Position numbers and translations under genes: made by a program
Source: an uncultured Methylophaga sp.
GTDB lineage: Bacteria; Pseudomonadota; Gammaproteobacteria; Nitrosococcales; Methylophagaceae
Length of the DNA: 29,496 nt
Assembly: GCA_964430395.1 (NCBI GenBank)
Contig: CAYSGK010000003.1
Coordinates: forward strand, 1-29,496
Direction: 5' to 3'
Part shown: positions 21,712-28,771 of the stretch, piece by piece
Layout: every line of letters starts with the position of its first letter
Position numbering within the stretch: the first letter of the stretch is position 1
The notes under the pieces: generated by a model
The model's input: the letters and a program-made list of their open reading frames with translations, nothing else
What the model was told of the DNA's origin: nothing
Database searches by the model: none

Positions 21712-22143
21712 ATGAATATTAAAGCGGGTGTAATTTCAGGCTTCATAGCAACGGTTATTTTATCAATATTAATGATAGTCAAAGCCAAGATGGGCATCAT
21801 GCCTGAACTCAATGCCATAAAAATGCTTGCTGGGATGATGCATGCACCGCTCATTATGGGTTGGGTTGCACATTTTATGATAGGTACTGTTCTTTGGGGT
21901 GTATTATTTGCTTTGCTGGTTAATAAATTACCTGGAAGCATTATGACTAGTGCCATTATTTTTTCTATTGGCGCATGGTTTTTAATGATGATAGGTCCTA
22001 TGCCAATGGCAGGCGCTGGTTTATTTGGTCTACATATGGGAATGATGGCACCCATGGCAACACTGATATTGCATATTATCTGGGGTATTGTGTTAGGCCT
22101 TAGTTTCCAAAAGCTTGCTAATTATAGGATTAAATTGGAATAA
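21712..22143 (+). CDS. Met-rich four-helix membrane protein, DUF6789-like
   Basis: AAGGA Shine-Dalgarno; GFIAT, GWVAHFMIG, PMPMAGAGLFG, LHIIWGIVLG; 18 Met in 143 aa. Confidence 0.7.
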   Translation: MNIKAGVISGFIATVILSILMIVKAKMGIMPELNAIKMLAGMMHAPLIMGWVAHFMIGTVLWGVLFALLVNKLPGSIMTSAIIFSIGAWFLMMIGPMPMAGAGLFGLHMGMMAPMATLILHIIWGIVLGLSFQKLANYRIKLE

Positions 22144-23506
22144 TGATCTGAAACTGTGTTTTTGATTCATCTGAGGTGACGTGAATACTTCCTCCATGGG
22201 CTTCAGCGATAGATTTAGTTATAGCTAAGCCCAGCCCCGTCCCTTCGCTGGTGCGTTGCCGTGATGGATCAATACGGTAGAAGCGATCAAATAATTTTGG
22301 TAGATGCTCTGAAAGAATGGGTTCTCCGGGGTTTTGAACAATAATGCTGACACAGTTGTTGATACGGTCAAGTGTTATGGTGACTGTCTGCCCTTTGGGA
22401 GTGTGTCGTATTGCATTGGAGAGTAGATTGCTGAGCGCCCGCCGTATCATTAAGCGGTTACAATGAAGCTGAAGTTTTCCCTTCACTGTTAGTGAAACCT
22501 TATTGTCTTCAGCCCAGGCTTCATAATAATCAAATAAACTTTGTACTTCTTGATATAAATCGACATCTTTCATTTCAATCGGATTAATTTTATTGTCCGT
22601 TTTAGCCAAAAATAGCATATCTGCAATCATCTGAGATAATCGTTCAAATTCTTCCATATTGGAATAAAGAACTTCTAAATATTCTTTATTACTACGTGTT
22701 CGAGAAAGGGCTACTTGTGTCTGAGTCATTAAATTAGTAACCGGTGTGCGTAATTCGTGGGCAATATCATCAGAAAAATGAGATAGCCGGTCAAATGCTT
22801 TATCTAATCGTTTGAGTAAATCATTAAATGATCGGATTAAATCTGACAATTCACTGGGAACAGTCTCGGGATCAAGTCTTGTGCTGAGTTCGTTACTGCT
22901 AATATGACCGAGTTGATTAATAATTTGGCGTAGTGGACGATGACCATAATGAACAGCCATCCAACTCATGAGACTCATTACCACGATACTGGAAATAACC
23001 ATAAGCCATAGAATAAATCGAAAATTATTTAAGAAGGTATGATGGAAATCGGTAGAAATGGCGATGATGATGGTATACGGTGTTGCATTATTTGTTAGAA
23101 TTTGTTCTGCAAAAATACGGTAATGATTCTTGCCATTTTTCCAGTGTTTTACCAGAGTTTGATTTGGGGATTTAAAATTTGGTAAATCAGGCAAACTTTT
23201 TTTAAACTCAAGGCTACTATAGAGTACGTTACCCCTATCATTAATAACCTTAAGCAAGGGATGGTGATGGCCAATCAAAATATCATCAAAGCGTTGCTGA
23301 AGTAATGGCAAATCCTGTTCTGACTGCAATGTCTGAAGCGGTTTTTTCACAGCCTGTGCGATGAGTTTTAATTCTTTAATATCACCTAATTCAAAGTGAT
23401 TTTCCATTGAATTCTCAATGATCCAACCAAATGACAGTAAAACCAAGGTGGCAACCGTGCTGAATAATAAGGTAAGCCGTAAGGTAAGAGAGGTTGGTTG
23501 CTTCAT
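22130..23506 (-). CDS. cusS: Copper sensor histidine kinase CusS/CopS
   Basis: SLTLRLTLLF, periplasmic NHF and DFHH (equivalent to the E. coli CusS His ligands), H-box FSDDIAHELRTP, LSNAIRH, FDRFYRID, GTGLGLAI. Confidence 0.93.
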   Translation of the reverse strand: MKQPTSLTLRLTLLFSTVATLVLLSFGWIIENSMENHFELGDIKELKLIAQAVKKPLQTLQSEQDLPLLQQRFDDILIGHHHPLLKVINDRGNVLYSSLEFKKSLPDLPNFKSPNQTLVKHWKNGKNHYRIFAEQILTNNATPYTIIIAISTDFHHTFLNNFRFILWLMVISSIVVMSLMSWMAVHYGHRPLRQIINQLGHISSNELSTRLDPETVPSELSDLIRSFNDLLKRLDKAFDRLSHFSDDIAHELRTPVTNLMTQTQVALSRTRSNKEYLEVLYSNMEEFERLSQMIADMLFLAKTDNKINPIEMKDVDLYQEVQSLFDYYEAWAEDNKVSLTVKGKLQLHCNRLMIRRALSNLLSNAIRHTPKGQTVTITLDRINNCVSIIVQNPGEPILSEHLPKLFDRFYRIDPSRQRTSEGTGLGLAITKSIAEAHGGSIHVTSDESKTQFQIIIPI

Positions 23507-23515
23507 TGTACGAAA

Positions 23516-24193
23516 TTATTCAGATATATCAAGCATATAACCCATACCACGAATAGTATGAATAAGTTTAGGGTTAAAATTATCATCAATTTTAGAACGC
23601 AAACGTCGAATAGCGACATCAATGACATTAGTATCGCTATCAAAATTCATATCCCAAATTTGTGAAGCAATGAGCGAGCGAGGCAAGACTTCACCTTTAT
23701 GACGGATAAGTAGTTCCAATAGCAAGAATTCTTTAGCAGTCAATTTTATTCGTTGCTGAGCTCTAATTACGCGATGCCGCGTTAAATCCAATTCTAAATC
23801 TGCAATACTAAGAATATGATCATTTGGTATCTGAATACCACGGCGTATTATGGTTCGTACTCGTGCCAATAATTCAGAAAAAGCAAAGGGTTTAACCAAA
23901 TAATCATCAGCGCCTAATTCAAGGCCTTTAACTTTATCTTCGATGCTATCTCGAGCGGTAAGAAATAATACAGGCATGGTTTTATCAGCTTCCCGTAATG
24001 ATTTTAATATATGCCAGCCATCTAAATCAGGTAACATGACATCTAATATCACTAGATCATAAGGTTCTGTCATAGCATGATGATAACCATCCAGGCCGTT
24101 ATTAACGAGATCAACAACGAAGCCCGCTTCACTGAGGCCTTGTTTAAGATAATTACCGGTTTTAGCCTCATCTTCAACTATGAGTAACTTCAT
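23516..24193 (-). CDS. cusR: Copper response regulator CusR/CopR (OmpR family)
   Basis: [60 protein letters not shown]. Confidence 0.95.
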   Translation of the reverse strand: MKLLIVEDEAKTGNYLKQGLSEAGFVVDLVNNGLDGYHHAMTEPYDLVILDVMLPDLDGWHILKSLREADKTMPVLFLTARDSIEDKVKGLELGADDYLVKPFAFSELLARVRTIIRRGIQIPNDHILSIADLELDLTRHRVIRAQQRIKLTAKEFLLLELLIRHKGEVLPRSLIASQIWDMNFDSDTNVIDVAIRRLRSKIDDNFNPKLIHTIRGMGYMLDISE

Positions 24194-24280
24194 CTATCTT
24201 GTACCTTTATCAAATATTAAGATGCCTCAATGATAGATTAGAGATTACCTGATATTACTTTTAATTAAAAGAATTGTATC

Positions 24281-24398
24281 GAGACCTTTGCACGAGTCGT
24301 CTTTAGATCCTAGCGGTTACATCGTTTCGCCATGCCTGCGTTAAAAATAGTTTCAAAATGCTCATTTACACCAGTAAACTGCGCTTTAAAAACTATTT
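24281..24398. mobile_element. Truncated palindromic MITE-like remnant
   Basis: Starts GAGACCTTTGCA (recalled as an IS5/IS1106-type terminus); nested dyad AAATAGTTT...TTTAC-acca-GTAAA...AAACTATTT; no matching right end. Confidence 0.45.
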
Positions 24399-24445
24399 GG
24401 GGCTGTCCCAGATAACACATAAAATGTATTATCGAGGGCAGCCTC
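24399..24445. mobile_element. Empty 47-bp element made of two inverted termini, IS1016/IS1595-like
   Basis: GGGGCTGTCCCAGATAAC ... ATTATCGAGGGCAGCCTC imperfect inverted repeat; resembles the IS1016-group end GGGGCTGTCCTAGATAAC as recalled. Confidence 0.45.
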
Positions 24446-24488
24446 AAAAAAAATAAACGAAAAGAAAAAGGTCAAATCAGTATGGAAA

Positions 24489-24597
24489 ATTACTGGTGAC
24501 CATTGAAAGTACAGTTTTTACCTACCCGTCACTACCGCTAAAAACATGCGGAAGTGACAAAAAATATAAAGCTGCATCTTCATTGATTATGGATATG
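24489..24597. mobile_element. Miniature element, copy 4 (109 bp, single collapsed REP)
   Basis: Left ...GTGACCATTGAAAGTACAG, hairpin GTCACT-A-CCGC-taaaaacat-GCGG-A-AGTGAC (24528-24558), right CTGCATCTTCATTGATTATGGATATG. Confidence 0.75.
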
Positions 24598-24634
24598 AGT
24601 AGATACAGCAATCCATAAATTCGTTACTTCTTTT

Positions 24635-24660
24635 TTTTCATTACAAAATTGTAATGAAAA
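24635..24660. promoter_or_regulatory. CusR/CopR box upstream of copAB
   Basis: Perfect dyad TTTTCATTACAA-AA-TTGTAATGAAAA; core ATTACAA-N2-TTGTAAT matches the E. coli CusR box ATGACAA-N2-TTGTCAT. Confidence 0.85.
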
Positions 24661-24775
24661 GGTCACAAAGCAGACAGGGAATATTCTTTAATATTTAACC
24701 ACTTCAATTATTTGGCGTAGTTTTGCCAGCAATGGTCAGGTGCAGCAACAAACTTACATAGCTAGAGGTGTAATC

Positions 24776-26617
24776 ATGAAAAATAAATTTCCAACTAAAC
24801 TAACCCGACGGCAGTTTGTTCGAGGAATGGCTGTATCCTCCATCGCTGCTGCAATTGCCAGTTATTTACCAACAACTTTTGCTTCCGAAAATTCGGAGGC
24901 AGCTGTGCAAAATGCAAACCCTCAAGTGCCTATTCTCCAGGGCAATCAATTTGATCTGACTATTTCTGAAAAAACAGTAAACATAACAGGGTCACCTGCC
25001 AGATCTACCGTGGTCAATGACTCCCTTTCGGGACCGACACTGATTTGGCATGAAGGCGATACTGTCACCATACGGGTCACCAATAACCTGTCTGTCTCCA
25101 GTTCAATTCACTGGCACGGAATTATCCTGCCTTTTACCATGGATGGCGTTCCCGGATTTAGTTATGAGGGCATTGCGCCAGGCGAAACTTATACTTATCA
25201 ATTCACTGTCCAGCAACATGGCACCTATTGGTATCATAGTCATTCTGCTTATCAGGAACAAACAGGCCTTTATGGTGCTATCGTTATCTTACCTAAACAG
25301 GCAGAGCCTATTGAGTATGATAAGGATTATATTGTTCAACTTTCAGACTGGTCTGATACCCCGCCAGAAACGATTTATGCCAATTTAAAAAAATCGCCCG
25401 ATTATTATAATTACGTGCAAAGAACCGTTGCTGATTTTACAAATGAAGTAAAAAGAGAAGACCTTTCTACAGCATGGGGTAAACGCAAAATGTGGAATCA
25501 AATGCGGATGTCTAATCGCGATTTGTCCGATGTTTCAGGTGCCACCTATACTTTTTTAATGAATGGCTTATCGCCCAATGCCCATTGGCGCGCCATCGTA
25601 AACAGTGGGCAAAAAGTTCGATTAAGGTTTATTAACAGTTCGGCGATGACCTTTTTTGATATTCGCATACCCGGCTTAAAAATGACCGTTATCGCTGCCG
25701 ACGGTAATCTGATACAAGCTATAGAAGTTGATGAGTTTCGTATCGGGGTTGCCGAAACCTATGATGTTCTGGTCGAACCCGATACAGACAGTCAGCCTTA
25801 CGCCATTTTTGCTCAAGCTATCGATCGAAGTGGTTTTGCATTGGGGTCGTTAACCAACGATGCATCAATACTGGCTGTTCCGCCGAAGATGGATCCAGTG
25901 CCCAATCTCACTATGGTCGATATGGGAATGGCGATGGGAATGGATATGAGTAAGGGAATGGACATGAACAAAGGGATGAACATGAACAAGGGAATGGACA
26001 TGAACATGAACAAAGGGATGGACATGAACAAGGGGATGGATATGAGTATGAAGCATGATACTGATTCAGTAGCCATCAATTTCAACCCTAAACTACCCCA
26101 GATGGAGGTGCCTAGAAAAACAGGATACCAAAGCACTATGCGGGCTTCAAATCCGCAGTATCGTTTAAATGATCCTGGAGCCGGTCTTAGGGACAACGGT
26201 AGAAAAGTGTTGACTTATGCCGACATCAAAAACCTGTACGCGACTCAATCTATGCCTACACCGACAAAGGAGCTGGTATTGCATCTAACCGGAAATATGG
26301 AGCGCTATATGTGGTCTATCGATGGCATTCCATTTGATGAAGCCCCGCCATTACAATTTAAGTACGGAGAGAGAATTCGCATCACTTTTATTAATGACAC
26401 CATGATGAATCACCCTATGCATTTACACGGACTCTGGAGTGATTTAGAGACAGGTGATGAAAATCATATCCCGAGGAAGCATACCGTCGTGGTTCAACCA
26501 GGCGCCAAAATCAGTTTTCGCGTCACCATGAATGCGTTGGGTGATTGGCCTTTCCATTGTCATATGCTCTATCACATGATGGGCATGTTCCGCCGTGTAC
26601 AAATTCGTAATATGTAA
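24776..26617 (+). CDS. copA: Periplasmic multicopper oxidase, CopA/PcoA family (probable ATG start 24776)
   Basis: AGAGG Shine-Dalgarno; Tat motif TRRQFV; HWHG, WYHSH, HPMHLHG, HCHMLYHM; Met-rich insert. This is the oxidase CopA, not the P-type ATPase. Confidence 0.95.
   Translation: MKNKFPTKLTRRQFVRGMAVSSIAAAIASYLPTTFASENSEAAVQNANPQVPILQGNQFDLTISEKTVNITGSPARSTVVNDSLSGPTLIWHEGDTVTIRVTNNLSVSSSIHWHGIILPFTMDGVPGFSYEGIAPGETYTYQFTVQQHGTYWYHSHSAYQEQTGLYGAIVILPKQAEPIEYDKDYIVQLSDWSDTPPETIYANLKKSPDYYNYVQRTVADFTNEVKREDLSTAWGKRKMWNQMRMSNRDLSDVSGATYTFLMNGLSPNAHWRAIVNSGQKVRLRFINSSAMTFFDIRIPGLKMTVIAADGNLIQAIEVDEFRIGVAETYDVLVEPDTDSQPYAIFAQAIDRSGFALGSLTNDASILAVPPKMDPVPNLTMVDMGMAMGMDMSKGMDMNKGMNMNKGMDMNMNKGMDMNKGMDMSMKHDTDSVAINFNPKLPQMEVPRKTGYQSTMRASNPQYRLNDPGAGLRDNGRKVLTYADIKNLYATQSMPTPTKELVLHLTGNMERYMWSIDGIPFDEAPPLQFKYGERIRITFINDTMMNHPMHLHGLWSDLETGDENHIPRKHTVVVQPGAKISFRVTMNALGDWPFHCHMLYHMMGMFRRVQIRNM
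25937..26047 (+). repeat. In-frame 18-bp tandem repeat encoding (K)GM(D/N)M(N/S) six times
   Basis: GMDMSKGMDMNKGMNMNKGMDMNMNKGMDMNKGMDMS inside copA. Confidence 0.95.
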
Positions 26618-26639
26618 TCAAATAATTAGGAGAACCTTT

Positions 26640-27419
26640 ATGCGTAATTTACAAAGCGCCATTTTTCTGGTGAGCATAACGTTGTTGCTTTCTCTTTCTA
26701 CGTCAGTAGAGGCAGCGGAATCCTCAAAAGTATTCTCCCCGACAAAGGAGGCCGCAATGATTGCTATGACCAATCGTGCGGCCAAAAATGAACGGGATCC
26801 TTTTCTGAGCTATTTGTTACTGGACCGATTTGAGATTAGTGATCAATCAAACAATCCTGTAAGTTGGGATGCTACTGCCTGGTTGGGTCGAGACAACCAT
26901 AAGCTTTATTTTAAAAGCGAAGGTGAAACCACCTCGGGCAATACGGACTCGCAGAACAGACTGTTATACAGCCACCCTGTTGCCCCGTTTTGGGATGTCC
27001 AACTTGGGCTGGATTACGATCAAACTGATGAATATAAAAATCAAACATGGGCTACCGTCGGTTTGCAAGGACTGGCGCCGTACTTTTTTGAAACAGATAT
27101 TTATCTATTGGCTAACAATGATAATGTCGGAATCAGATTCGACGGCGACATCGATTTTTTGCTCACACAAAGACTCATCCTGACACCGCGAATGGGATTT
27201 GAAGCTTACACACAGAATCAGTCACGTTATGGCTTAGGTTCAGGTTTGTCCAGCACTGATATCGGGGTACGACTGCGCTATGAGTTCAGTCGAAACTTTG
27301 CACCGTACCTGGGTATAAAATGGCAAAATACTTATGGTTCAACGGAAGATTTTGTTAAACAAAATGGAGGAAAATCTTCTGATACAAGTTTAGTGGCTGG
27401 ATTAAGAGTTTGGTTTTAG
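26640..27419 (+). CDS. copB: Copper resistance outer membrane protein CopB/PcoB (probable ATG start 26640)
   Basis: AGGAGA Shine-Dalgarno; signal peptide; WDATAWLG...KLYFKSEGE, LQGLAPYFFE, LTQRLILTP, RLRYEFSRNFAPYLG, AGLRVWF. Confidence 0.93.
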   Translation: MRNLQSAIFLVSITLLLSLSTSVEAAESSKVFSPTKEAAMIAMTNRAAKNERDPFLSYLLLDRFEISDQSNNPVSWDATAWLGRDNHKLYFKSEGETTSGNTDSQNRLLYSHPVAPFWDVQLGLDYDQTDEYKNQTWATVGLQGLAPYFFETDIYLLANNDNVGIRFDGDIDFLLTQRLILTPRMGFEAYTQNQSRYGLGSGLSSTDIGVRLRYEFSRNFAPYLGIKWQNTYGSTEDFVKQNGGKSSDTSLVAGLRVWF

Positions 27420-27590
27420 ATGAGTCTTATCTTGGTAGAACAGGCTGAATATTGACACCGTATACATCACAAGGAGATTGACAGTGTACATTTTTGTCTT
27501 TCTGCCTTTGTGTCAGTTTGTTTGTATTTCAGGCGCTTTTTATGATTTTCATGTCAACCCAAAGTAGCGATGCCCCCTTTTCTCTATATT

Positions 27591-27616
27591 TTTTCATTAC
27601 AAAATTGTAATGAAAA
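27591..27616. promoter_or_regulatory. Second CusR/CopR box, identical to 24635-24660
   Basis: TTTTCATTACAAAATTGTAATGAAAA, inside a 64-bp direct repeat of the copAB promoter region. Confidence 0.85.
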
Positions 27617-27690
27617 GGTCACAAAATAGACAGGGAATACGCTTTAATATTTGACTTGTAAATTGAAAGTTATAGGGGGAGGAAGGTTTA

Positions 27691-28170
27691 ATGACAACAT
27701 CTGAACTATGTTATGTTTGTGGCATGAAGCCTGATGCAAGCATCCCATCACTTGAATATCACAAAATGTATTTCCACTTTTGCTCTCAGCAATGTCGGGA
27801 TACATTTATCGCTCACCCCAGTTTATATGCTGTTAAGGCAGAAAAACAACAGAAACACATTCTAAAACGCAGAATTATGACCTTGGCTGCACCATTAGAT
27901 GAAGACTCAAAGGAACTACTAAAAGCAAGTTTGGCCGAGATGATGGGAATCAAAGATGTAAGTATTGACGATGACAAAATTTCTATCAGTTATGACTTAC
28001 TACAAGTAACAAGACAGCAGATAGAAAATCGATTGGCTGAGATTGGAATAAAGCTAGGTAGTGATTGGATGGAACGTTTGCGGCGAGCTTGGGTTCAGGA
28101 CAGCGAAGAAAATGAATTAGATAACCTTGCTGCCCCTATACATTATTATCATCGACCTTCACCAAAATAG
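27691..28170 (+). CDS. YHS/TRASH domain fused to an HMA-like domain lacking CxxC
   Basis: GGAGG Shine-Dalgarno; CYVCGM...YFHFCSQQC; second half MMGIKDVSID..KISISYDLLQVTRQQIE resembles a ferredoxin-fold HMA domain. Confidence 0.75.
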   Translation: MTTSELCYVCGMKPDASIPSLEYHKMYFHFCSQQCRDTFIAHPSLYAVKAEKQQKHILKRRIMTLAAPLDEDSKELLKASLAEMMGIKDVSIDDDKISISYDLLQVTRQQIENRLAEIGIKLGSDWMERLRRAWVQDSEENELDNLAAPIHYYHRPSPK

Positions 28171-28207
28171 TAGCAAATAGAAAAATATTTCTAATTTAGG
28201 TTAACAA

Positions 28208-28741
28208 ATGAGTAAACAAGAAAAATTTAAACTATCAAAGCAAATTCAATTATTAATTCTAATTCTGGTTATTGTTGCAAGTGTAATCGGAGTCAGTGCT
28301 TGGAGTAAGGCATCTAAAAATAAGGTTGCTACAGTGCTTTCGGCGACAGAAACAGACCAAATCTTACCTGAGATTGTCGTCTATAAATCAGCTACCTGTA
28401 CCTGTTGTCATAAATGGATAACGCATCTTGAAAATGCAGGATTTATTGTGCAAGCTCATAACCGTGAAGATATGAATAGTGTTAAATCGTCACTCGGTGT
28501 AATACCTGGTTTAGCATCATGTCATACCGCCCTAATTGATGGCTATCTCATAGAAGGGCATGTGCCTGCCAATGATATTAAAAGGTTACTAGCAGAGAAG
28601 CCCAAAAATATTGTAGGTCTTACAGCACCAGGAATGCCACGGTTCTCACCTGGTATGCAAGCTGAAGGTCTCCCTGCCAAAGGTTACGACGTATTAACGT
28701 TTGATGAAAATGGTAATACACAAGTGTTTAGTCAATATTAA
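28208..28741 (+). CDS. copG: DUF411 / CopG-family periplasmic copper protein
   Basis: N-terminal hydrophobic segment, VYKSATCTCCHKWITHL, ASCHTA, IEGHVPA, PGMP..SPGM. Confidence 0.85.
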   Translation: MSKQEKFKLSKQIQLLILILVIVASVIGVSAWSKASKNKVATVLSATETDQILPEIVVYKSATCTCCHKWITHLENAGFIVQAHNREDMNSVKSSLGVIPGLASCHTALIDGYLIEGHVPANDIKRLLAEKPKNIVGLTAPGMPRFSPGMQAEGLPAKGYDVLTFDENGNTQVFSQY

Positions 28742-28771
28742 TTTAACTCATCCAAAAAAGGAATAATAATC

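Noticed and set aside
21693-22055. 120-aa minus-strand ORF
   Set aside because: Antisense shadow of the Met-rich membrane gene, which has the Shine-Dalgarno and family motifs.
24244-24258. ATTAC-N5-ATTAC direct repeat upstream of cusR as an autoregulatory site
   Set aside because: Only 5-bp half-sites in AT-rich DNA and the wrong symmetry relative to the real boxes; too weak to call.
24397-24453. Hairpin plus A tract as a terminator
   Set aside because: The U tract would lie 5' of the stem on the minus strand and is absent 3' on the plus strand; better explained as element termini.
25050-27183. Overlapping ORFs 25050-25388, 25813-26196, 25865-26056 and 26869-27183, including a His-Val-rich antisense peptide
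   Set aside because: By-products of copA/copB coding; the His-rich antisense text is simply the complement of the Met repeat.
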